From IMG/VR virus record IMGVR_UViG_3300022562_000870, positions 4,184 through 68,183 of that record: a stretch of 64,000 nucleotides of DNA. One strand, given 5' to 3'. The position numbers were made by a program, and so were the translations under genes. A model generated the notes under the pieces. That model saw nothing but the letters and a program-made list of their open reading frames with translations. It was not told the origin of the DNA and searched no databases. The stretch comes from a virus (Duplodnaviria > Heunggongvirae > Uroviricota > Caudoviricetes). Positions 40,246-46,793 of the stretch are shown piece by piece (the stretch's first letter is position 1; the number at the start of each line of letters is the position of its first letter).

Positions 40246-40312
40246 ATTTGGTACTCCATGGTAAAGACGTATAAATACAATAGAATATACGTTTTTATCA
40301 TGGAGTTCACCA

Positions 40313-41518
40313 ATGAAAGAATTGAATAGAATGCGGCTTGCGGCTGGTATACCAATAGATCCAAGCATCGAAGTAACTGAAAAGCAAATAGTTACCGGAA
40401 AACAAATTACCGAAGCACGCGATACCCCAAAGCGCAAAGCAGATTTGCGTGTAAAAGATAGTAAATCCCTCAAAGCCAGAAAGCGCGGTCTTGAACAAGC
40501 TGTTAAGCATGTTCGTCAAGCCGTAGCAATCCTCGAAAAAATTCCAGCTACAGATTTTGGTGGTGAAATCCCACGCTTTATCGGTGAACTGGAAGATATC
40601 TTAGGTGTGGATAATGATGATGGAATGGAAGATTATCTCGAACGTGTTATTTCTGATTTTCGTAAAATTGAAGGTGCCGAATCCAAAGAAAAACGTAAAG
40701 AAGAGGAAGAAGAAGCTTATGCAGAATTGGAAGCTGCCATGGATGAAGAAAATTTCAAACGTGAAATGACAGCAGATCAAGAACGTGTAGCTAATATGGC
40801 CGAAGACGAAGAACTTGGTAACTTTATTCAAAATCTTTCTGACATTCAACGCGATCAACTGATGGTTGCTATTAAAGCTTTACAGCTTGTTGATACGGAA
40901 GCTATGATTCGCGAAAGCGCCTATAAAACTGTCGCGAAGATTATGGGCGACAAGTTGGAAGAAGCCATGCATTACTATAATGTAAATTATGATAGCTTCG
41001 AAGTTGACAAAAATAAACCTATTAATGTTGCTGATGGAAACGCAAACGATGAACACGTTTGGGATGAAACAGAAGAACAAGAAGAAAAAAATGAAGGTCC
41101 AACACAATTAAAAACAATGGATCAACAAGACAATTCACCACAAGATAAATCAGGTGATGATTTAAGCACAATGTTTAAGGTACCTAACGGTATCAAACAA
41201 GCACTGCGAACTGAAATTGATAAAGCCGAACGCGAAGCAGAAAAACTAGACGTGCGCGATAAAGATGCCGCACTATTTTACAAAGACTTGGCTAAAGCAT
41301 TCAGTGACTTGCTTGGACACCTTGAAAAAGGTACGCGCTATGATTTTAAACAGGCGCAAATTTTTGCACAAACCCTTATGGGTCCAATGCTTCATAAGAT
41401 GCCGCATCAAGTATGGGAATTCTTAGCAAATGGTGGCGAAACCCGTTCACTAAAAAGCTACATGAAAAAAGTAGATAAGAAATTTCCAATTACAGGTCCG
41501 CGCAACACACTAAAATGA
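40313..41518 (+). CDS. hypothetical acidic protein
   Basis: Glu/Asp-rich central region. Confidence 0.4.
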   Translation: MKELNRMRLAAGIPIDPSIEVTEKQIVTGKQITEARDTPKRKADLRVKDSKSLKARKRGLEQAVKHVRQAVAILEKIPATDFGGEIPRFIGELEDILGVDNDDGMEDYLERVISDFRKIEGAESKEKRKEEEEEAYAELEAAMDEENFKREMTADQERVANMAEDEELGNFIQNLSDIQRDQLMVAIKALQLVDTEAMIRESAYKTVAKIMGDKLEEAMHYYNVNYDSFEVDKNKPINVADGNANDEHVWDETEEQEEKNEGPTQLKTMDQQDNSPQDKSGDDLSTMFKVPNGIKQALRTEIDKAEREAEKLDVRDKDAALFYKDLAKAFSDLLGHLEKGTRYDFKQAQIFAQTLMGPMLHKMPHQVWEFLANGGETRSLKSYMKKVDKKFPITGPRNTLK

Positions 41519-42096
41519 AGGTTGCAGAACTTTTAAGTGAAGAAATTTTCCATTTCAAGACTGAAATGGAAGTATATCTTACAAAGGTTGAAGATGAACT
41601 TACAGCACTTGGTGACGTGATGTCTACTAATGCCAGTAAGTTTGCTTTAGCAGCATGGAAAAAAGGCAACATTGAACCAAAAAGAGTAGCACAAATTATA
41701 GTTCAAAAGGGAATTTAAAATGAAAGTAGAAGAAATACTTTTTGAATATAAAAATAAGTACTACAAACCTGTACCCAAAAAACCAAAAGTTCGTCCTAAA
41801 AAGACCCTATGGCACGATAATTATGACCGTTGGGTAACCGATATAAAAGCACGTTTTCCCGATGCACATGCTTATTACGATGAAGAAAATGAAGAAATCG
41901 TAGCAGCATGTGAAAAATGTAAAGATGCATATGGGAAATGGTCTAAGAAAAAGGACAAATTCCCAGGTGTTTCATTTTACAAACCACGCCATGTTTCCAG
42001 TGTGACTAAGTTTTTACATAACTTACGTCAAATTAAGGATGACCCAAAAAAATAAGAATAAATACATTAAACTAACCTATATAAAGGATAATTATA

Positions 42097-42981
42097 ATGT
42101 ATAAAGAAACGCTCGACATCCTGTTGGAAGATATCAATGACCACAACGATGTAAAAACCCAACTTTTAAAAAACCAATTAGAATACCATTTTACTACAAA
42201 AGATATTGAGCGCCAACGCGTACTTGATTGTAGTGTTCCTATTGTACGTCGTGTAGTAGATAGATTTAGACTTGCAGATCTTATTGGTGTACAACCAATC
42301 ACTAATGAAAAAAATCCAACAGTTATTTCTGGTGGACTTAAATATGATGTCGCACTTCAAGATGAACCATACAAATGTTCTTATCCTGATCTGGCTGAAT
42401 ATAGTATGCTAGAGGGTGAAATAAACCAAGCTATAGGACATGAAATAGAAAGCGAAATAGTATCAACATACTTAAATATTATTGCAGAATATGCACCAGA
42501 AATTACATTTACTTTAACGGATTCGTGGGAACGGGAAAGTCTTGTAGCCTTAGCTGATACAATTGAAGAAGCTATATACGAAATTGGTGCAAATTGGATT
42601 GTAGTTTCACCATTGGTTCTTTCACTTATTCAATCAAATCCTGAAGCAGACTATAACCAAGATTCAACGGGTGAAAAGAAATTTACTATGGGTGATTTAC
42701 AACTTATAGGTTCATTTAATGGTGTTCCAACATATTGTAGTTTACACCTGCCTAATGATGGTGCTACTATTCTTATCGGTTATAAAGATCATGAAAGTGA
42801 AGACGCACCGATTGTATTCGCACCCAAAACATTAATTCAAGTTGGATTTAAAGCACGAAATGATTTTGATGATCCATATTATCCGCTATCTTCAAGACAA
42901 GCTAAATTCATTCATATACACAATGTGGAAGACCAATACAGAAAAATTACAATAAAATACGATGATGGGGTTGACATCTAA
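42097..42981 (+). CDS. hypothetical protein
   Basis: ORF with no recognised family. Confidence 0.4.
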   Translation: MYKETLDILLEDINDHNDVKTQLLKNQLEYHFTTKDIERQRVLDCSVPIVRRVVDRFRLADLIGVQPITNEKNPTVISGGLKYDVALQDEPYKCSYPDLAEYSMLEGEINQAIGHEIESEIVSTYLNIIAEYAPEITFTLTDSWERESLVALADTIEEAIYEIGANWIVVSPLVLSLIQSNPEADYNQDSTGEKKFTMGDLQLIGSFNGVPTYCSLHLPNDGATILIGYKDHESEDAPIVFAPKTLIQVGFKARNDFDDPYYPLSSRQAKFIHIHNVEDQYRKITIKYDDGVDI

Positions 42982-43033
42982 TTTTGGGTGATATATACTT
43001 CATGACCATGTAGAAAATAAGTAATATCATTTT

Positions 43034-43062
43034 TTGACAACGCTTATATATACATGTAATAT
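43034..43062 (+). promoter_or_regulatory. sigma70-like promoter (TTGACA-17-TAATAT)
   Basis: Canonical spacing. Drives a short locus that ends at the 43275-43306 terminator. Confidence 0.45.
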
Positions 43063-43274
43063 TGATTTAATTTAACGCCGAAAGGCAAAATACAAAAGGT
43101 TGGAATATGATTTCAATAGCAAGACAACAATGGCAAATACAACAGCCCGGTTTATGTGGGATGGGTTCATTGCGCCTAGGCTCTTTTAGTCATGATCCAC
43201 GTTATGAACGCGCACAGCCTTTTGCAGGGGGATCTACCGAAACAATGTAAGTAGAAACCAAAAAAGAAATCGCA

Positions 43275-43306
43275 AAAGGCTGGAACCAGAAGGAACCAGC
43301 CTTTTT
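43275..43306 (+). terminator. rho-independent terminator
   Basis: GGCTGG-loop-CCAGCC followed by TTTTTT. Confidence 0.55.
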
Positions 43307-43403
43307 TCGTTATAGGAGTTTGAAAATGTGGGAAAAATTTTTGAATTTATTGATAGGTGAATTTCAGGCTCCGAAAAAAGTTAAGAAAAAGTTAAAAAAA
43401 CCC

Positions 43404-43432
43404 TTGACACCTTATCAAAGACATGTTATAAT
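43404..43432 (+). promoter_or_regulatory. sigma70-like promoter (TTGACA-17-TATAAT) facing the tRNA array
   Basis: Consensus -35 and -10 with a 17-nt spacer, about 250 nt upstream of the first tRNA of the array. Confidence 0.55.
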
Positions 43433-43685
43433 ATTGGAATGGCGCGAAAAGCGTCGTAGATTTAAAGAAATGCAGAAGTAGTTAGCGGAACGCTTAGTGA
43501 CTAACCACTTTAAAGAAATACGGGTAGTAGAATGTTGATCAGGTTGAAATTCCTGTCCGAACACCTACTACGGAACTTACCTACCAGTAGCGATGGGATG
43601 GTACCAGCCACGCGATTAGAACCGTAAAATCGGTCACGCTGAAAGATAGGAAACGGTATAATATCGTTTAAAAAGTGTATATTAG

Positions 43686-43771
43686 CTGCGTGTAGCCGGG
43701 TAACTTGGTAGCCCCCCTCGCTTGGAACGAGGTGTCGAAAGACCTTGCTGGTTCGAATCCAGTTGCGCAGA
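43686..43771 (+). tRNA. tRNA, atypical type-II-like; anticodon loop CTTGGAA (UGG, Pro?); CCA encoded
   Basis: Acceptor CTGCGTG/TGCGCAG. Anticodon stem CCTCG/CGAGG. Long variable hairpin GTCGAAAGAC. T-arm GCTGG-TTCGAAT-CCAGT. D-arm not resolved. Confidence 0.45.
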
Positions 43772-43787
43772 CCAATATACATTTAAA

Positions 43788-43870
43788 TGGGAAGTAGGAA
43801 AATTGGCAACCCCACCTGACTTTGAATCAGGCGTCGAAAGACATTGTGCGTTCGAGTCGCACCTTCCCAG
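43788..43870 (+). tRNA. tRNA, atypical type-II-like; anticodon loop CTTTGAA (UUG, Gln?); CCA encoded
   Basis: Acceptor TGGGAAG/CTTCCCA. Anticodon stem CCTGA/TCAGG. Variable hairpin GTCGAAAGAC. T-arm GTGCG-TTCGAGT-CGCAC. Confidence 0.45.
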
Positions 43871-43884
43871 CCAATTAAAAATAT

Positions 43885-43967
43885 GGATCAGATGGGGAAA
43901 CTGGTATCCCTACCCGGCTGTAACCCGGGCGCTTCTAGCACTGTAGGTTCGAATCCTACCTGATCCA
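43885..43967 (+). tRNA. tRNA-Tyr (GUA), type II; CCA encoded
   Basis: Acceptor GGATCAG/CTGATCC. D-stem GGGG/TCCC. Anticodon stem CCCGG/CCGGG with loop CTGTAAC. Long variable arm. Confidence 0.65.
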
Positions 43968-43976
43968 CCAAATTAT

Positions 43977-44057
43977 GTAGCGGCTGAACATTGGCGAGTT
44001 CACCTGCCTGTAAAGCAGATGCCTATGGCTGTGGTGGTTCGACTCCACCTCGCTGCA
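43977..44057 (+). tRNA. tRNA-Tyr (GUA), second type II copy; CCA encoded
   Basis: Acceptor GTAGCGG/TCGCTGC. D-stem GAAC/GTTC. Anticodon loop CTGTAAA. T-arm GGTGG-TTCGACT-CCACC. Confidence 0.55.
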
Positions 44058-44111
44058 CCAAATTTTGTCTGACCTAACACATCGATCACTGTTAGGATTT
44101 ACACAAGTAGT

Positions 44112-44183
44112 AACCATGTGATGTACTTGGAAGCATGGCCCCCTCTAAAGGGGTTTGTATAGGTTCGAATCCTATTGTGGTAA
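44112..44183 (+). tRNA. suppressor-type tRNA with anticodon CUA (reads UAG); no CCA encoded
   Basis: - U8 present.
- D-stem ATGT/GCAT with loop ACTTGGAA.
- Anticodon stem GCCCC/GGGGT with loop CTCTAAA.
- 4-nt variable loop.
- T-arm ATAGG-TTCGAAT-CCTAT.
- Acceptor AACCATG/TGTGGTA with an A1/A72 mismatch. Confidence 0.6.
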
Positions 44184-44246
44184 AAAATGTATTAGTTGGT
44201 ATTCATTCGCGATGAAAAATCCAACCGACAAAATTCAAATTCTATG

Positions 44247-44323
44247 GATTTCTCCCTTGGAAGGCGGCTGACCTGTGCGGTCGGTAATACTAGTTTAGAA
44301 GGGTTCAATTCCCTTGGAAATCC
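44247..44323 (+). tRNA. tRNA-like element with a non-canonical core (no anticodon arm found); CCA encoded
   Basis: Perfect acceptor GATTTCT/GGAAATC and T-arm AAGGG-TTCAATT-CCCTT. The middle forms CTGACC-TGTGC-GGTCGG, a hairpin with a 5-nt loop. Confidence 0.35.
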
Positions 44324-44334
44324 CCAAATAATAT

Positions 44335-44415
44335 ACAGTGGTATGCAAATGGTTAAAGCAGCTGGGCCTTCAACCCAGTCCGTAAGGTTTGCGAGTTCGA
44401 ATCTCGTCCGCTGTA
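44335..44415 (+). tRNA. type II tRNA with ambiguous anticodon loop CCTTCAA (UUC or UCA); CCA encoded
   Basis: Acceptor ACAGTGG/CCGCTGT. 3-bp D-stem. Anticodon stem (G)CTGGG/CCCAG(T), resembling the selC GCTGGA-CTTCAAA-TCCAGT arm. Variable hairpin CCGTAAGG. Confidence 0.45.
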
Positions 44416-44468
44416 CCAACTTTCAACCATACATTGACATTGAAATCACAGTGTGATATAATAATTGC

Positions 44469-44924
44469 ATGAAATTATGTGGAAAATGTGGAAAAACAAA
44501 ACCGCTAACTGAATTTACCTTTAAAAAAGGTAAACATAAACCACAATCATATTGTAAGGACTGTAACCGCGAATATCAACGTGAACATTATCATAGGAAT
44601 AAAGAAAAATATTTTGATGATCGTAAACAGCGAAGAAAAGATAGTAAGGAAAAGGCGATTAAACTCCTTCTTGAATATGTTAAGGATGGATGTGTTGATT
44701 GTGGTGAAAAAGATTTCGAAGTTTTAGATTTTGACCATATTGAACAGAGCAATAAAGAATATACCATATCTTATATGATAAACAATGGTTTTGGTGTTGA
44801 AAAAATCAAAAACGAACTTGAAAAATGTCGAGTATTGTGTAGTAACTGTCATCGTCGAAGAACGGCGAAGCAATTAGGATGGTATTCAGAATATTTACAT
44901 TTACTTGAAACTACATCGCTGTAG
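44469..44924 (+). CDS. HNH endonuclease-like zinc-ribbon protein
   Basis: CGKCGK...CKDC, then VDCGEKDFEVLDFDHIEQ and CSNCHRRRT. Its 3' end overlaps the start of a tRNA. Confidence 0.5.
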   Translation: MKLCGKCGKTKPLTEFTFKKGKHKPQSYCKDCNREYQREHYHRNKEKYFDDRKQRRKDSKEKAIKLLLEYVKDGCVDCGEKDFEVLDFDHIEQSNKEYTISYMINNGFGVEKIKNELEKCRVLCSNCHRRRTAKQLGWYSEYLHLLETTSL

Positions 44925-44989
44925 TTTAACTGGAATAGAACGCAAGCCTTTCAAGCTTGAAAATGCGGGTTCGAGTCCCGTCAGCGATA
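44915..44989 (+). tRNA. tRNA-Glu (UUC); CCA encoded
   Basis: Acceptor ATCGCTG/CAGCGAT. D-stem GTTT/GAAC. Anticodon stem CAAGC/GCTTG with loop CTTTCAA. T-arm GCGGG-TTCGAGT-CCCGT. Confidence 0.65.
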
Positions 44990-45007
44990 CCAATAATGGA
45001 AGTGAAC

Positions 45008-45442
45008 ATGAAAAAAGTTAAAACTGCGATAAGTGAAATACAACGCCATGAAGAAATAAGTCTTTTTGGGTTTTTTGATAAACACCTTTTTGGTAATGGG
45101 TATTATTTTGAGTTCGTACGAGAAGAAATAGAAGGAAGGGCCGATAGAAAAATATTCATATTTTGGTGGTGGTGGGGCAGGAATCGCGGGGTTAAAACAA
45201 CTATTCTTGATTGGCTTGACCCGTTTTCAATAAACATAAGAAGAAATATCACCGAATCTGTTAAAAAGATACGGCTGAAATTTGAAAATAGTGGAATGAA
45301 TCATGATGAACAACGGTACTGGTCAAAAATTCTTTTACACGCGTATCATGACGCGCAAAACTTTTTGTTCGGTTGGTCATTATTTTTAAAAATAAGTTAT
45401 GGTTCTATAGCTTTATCAACTTTCGTATTTTCTTTCTTTTAA
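45008..45442 (+). CDS. hypothetical protein
   Basis: ATG refined to lie downstream of the tRNA. Confidence 0.35.
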   Translation: MKKVKTAISEIQRHEEISLFGFFDKHLFGNGYYFEFVREEIEGRADRKIFIFWWWWGRNRGVKTTILDWLDPFSINIRRNITESVKKIRLKFENSGMNHDEQRYWSKILLHAYHDAQNFLFGWSLFLKISYGSIALSTFVFSFF

Positions 45443-45462
45443 TAAGAATTCAACAAAATCTA

Positions 45463-45547
45463 TTGCGCGGTATACAAATGGTTAACGTGATGGGCCTCAT
45501 AAGCCTATGCTGAAAAGCTTTGCGGCGTTCGAATCCCGCCTGCGCTA
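45463..45547 (+). tRNA. tRNA-like, type-II-like; anticodon loop CTCATAA (CAU); boundaries approximate
   Basis: Anticodon stem TGGGC/GCCTA. Variable hairpin GCTGAAAAGC. 3' end CTGCGCT-A-CCA. The T-stem and 5' acceptor strand are imperfect. Confidence 0.35.
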
Positions 45548-45566
45548 CCAATTAAAGGTGAACATC

Positions 45567-45767
45567 ATGAGAAGATGTAAACAATGTAATAAAAGTATTG
45601 AACATAAGCATAAGAATGCTAAGTTCTGTAAACAAAAATGTAAAGATAAATATCATAACGTGAATAATCCACGTGGATATTTTGCACACTTGGCTGGTGA
45701 AAGTAACAACTTGCACGACTATGAAGATGCACATATCTTCAGTAGTGAAGCGTTGGGTCAAGAATGA
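45567..45767 (+). CDS. small zinc-ribbon protein
   Basis: RBS AAAGGTG upstream. CKQCNK...CKQKCKDKYH. Confidence 0.4.
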   Translation: MRRCKQCNKSIEHKHKNAKFCKQKCKDKYHNVNNPRGYFAHLAGESNNLHDYEDAHIFSSEALGQE

Positions 45768-45773
45768 AATAAT

Positions 45774-45846
45774 GCGGGTATAGTGTTTAACGGCAGCATA
45801 ATGTCCTTCCAAGTCAAAGGTGGGGGTTCGAATCCCCCTATCCGCT
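45774..45846 (+). tRNA. tRNA-like element (73 nt) without a resolvable D or anticodon stem; CCA encoded
   Basis: Acceptor GCGGGTA/TATCCGC and T-arm GGGGG-TTCGAAT-CCCCC are perfect. An exhaustive manual search found no anticodon stem of 5 bp with a 7-nt loop. Confidence 0.35.
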
Positions 45847-45947
45847 CCAAAATTTGTAGTCCAGTGCTATGCGGGAAAGAAGGTGCCTAAGCGATCATAG
45901 ACATGCACATCCTTTACTACAAATTTCTTATTATAAAATTTCTTATT

Positions 45948-46039
45948 GTGTTAGTGGCGAAATTGGCAGACGCTGCTGGTGAACCAGACGTGGGTAAACT
46001 GGCGATGACGATCTTGCAGGTTCGAGTCCTGTCTAATAT
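45948..46039 (+). tRNA. type-II-like tRNA with a Leu-like D-arm; anticodon unresolved; no CCA
   Basis: Acceptor GTGTTAG/CTAATAT. D-arm GCG-AAATTGGCAGA-CGC. T-arm GCAGG-TTCGAGT-CCTGT. The central 45 nt contain a 4-nt-loop hairpin. Confidence 0.35.
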
Positions 46040-46111
46040 GATAAGTTTTGGCAGTGGGGCAGATTGAATATGCGGCTGATTGTCTATCAGCATTAAGAGG
46101 GTTTGATTCCC
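46040..46111 (+). tRNA. tRNA, anticodon loop TTGTCTA (GUC, Asp?); CCA encoded
   Basis: Acceptor GGCAGTG/CACTGTC. Anticodon stem GCTGA/TCAGC. T-arm GAGGG-TTTGATT-CCCTT. D-stem poor. Confidence 0.45.
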
Positions 46112-46119
46112 TTCACTGT

Positions 46120-46187
46120 CGCCAAATATACTATTGTAGTTTAACAAAAATACCTGGAGTAGTCTGGGAGATGTGGGTGAAAATCCT
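46120..46187 (+). tRNA. tRNA-like element with an atypical T-loop (TGAAAAT) and unresolved anticodon; CCA encoded
   Basis: Perfect acceptor ACTATTG/CAATAGT. T-stem GTGGG/CCTGC formed with G-U pairs. Confidence 0.3.
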
Positions 46188-46382
46188 GCCAATAGTTCCA
46201 AATCAAATTAATCAACTAAGCACGCAAGTGTAGAACCACTAATCATCGTACCTCGCTCATACCTTGGGAAAATTAGTTGGTCTACCAAAGGCCAAGAGAA
46301 GGCAATTGGTTGTGGAGTCGAAGCCCATAGTTGATTTAACGGGGCGCAGGGCAGTAGTGTCCGTAAGTCGCAACGAATTCTA

Positions 46383-46456
46383 TGGTGACTGTAGCTTAAT
46401 TGGTAAAGCTCCAGACTGTGAATCTGAAAGATGGGGGTTCAAGTCCCCTCAGTCAC
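46383..46456 (+). tRNA. tRNA-His (GUG) with G-1; CCA encoded
   Basis: G-1 opposite C73. Acceptor GTGACTG/CAGTCAC. D-stem GCTT/AAGC. Anticodon loop CTGTGAA. T-arm GGGGG-TTCAAGT-CCCCT. Confidence 0.7.
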
Positions 46457-46465
46457 CCCAAATAA

Positions 46466-46543
46466 TGGAACCTTAGCTGAGTGGGAAATGGCCTAGCGTC
46501 TGGTTGAAGCCCAGAAGACATCCGTTCGAATCGGATAGGTTCT
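46466..46543 (+). tRNA. tRNA-Phe (GAA), 78 nt with an extended D region; CCA encoded
   Basis: Acceptor GGAACCT/AGGTTCT. Anticodon stem TCTGG/CCAGA with loop TTGAAGC. T-arm ATCCG-TTCGAAT-CGGAT. Confidence 0.55.
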
Positions 46544-46551
46544 ACCAATTA

Positions 46552-46624
46552 TGGAACTCTGGTGTAGTAGGTCTGCACACTTGTCTGAAGAACAGGGGGT
46601 CACGGTTCGAATCCGTGGGGTTCC
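46552..46624 (+). tRNA. tRNA with anticodon GAA (second Phe-type); CCA encoded
   Basis: Acceptor GGAACTC/GGGTTCC. D-stem GTGT/GCAC. Anticodon stem CTTGT/ACAGG with loop CTGAAGA. T-arm CACGG-TTCGAAT-CCGTG. Confidence 0.55.
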
Positions 46625-46639
46625 ACCAAAAAGAATAAT

Positions 46640-46713
46640 GCCCACTTAGCTTAACTGGACAAAGCACTTCACTACGAATGAAGGGGATGCAGGTTCGAAT
46701 CCTGTGGTGGGTG
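46640..46713 (+). tRNA. tRNA-Arg (ACG); CCA encoded
   Basis: Acceptor GCCCACT/GGTGGGT. Anticodon stem CTTCA/TGAAG with loop CTACGAA. T-arm GCAGG-TTCGAAT-CCTGT. Confidence 0.65.
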
Positions 46714-46720
46714 CCAATAT

Positions 46721-46793
46721 GGACTGTGCTCTGGGTTAAGCGGCTGTGGCTCCAAACTACGGCGTCTGCGGGGTTCGATTCCTTGACAGTCTG
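46721..46793 (+). tRNA. tRNA-Trp (CCA); CCA encoded
   Basis: Acceptor GGACTGT/ACAGTCT. Anticodon stem TGTGG/CTACG with loop CTCCAAA. T-arm CGGGG-TTCGATT-CCTTG. Confidence 0.6.

Noticed and set aside
43510-46476. ORF-track ORFs overlapping the tRNA array: 43510-43782(-), 43722-43946, 44192-44419(-), 44196-44456, 45552-45812(-), 45917-46201(-), 46048-46233, 46264-46476 and the 5' part of 46746-47069
   Set aside because: They are fully or largely composed of tRNA sequence on the + strand with T-loops and acceptor stems, so they are ORF-finder artefacts.
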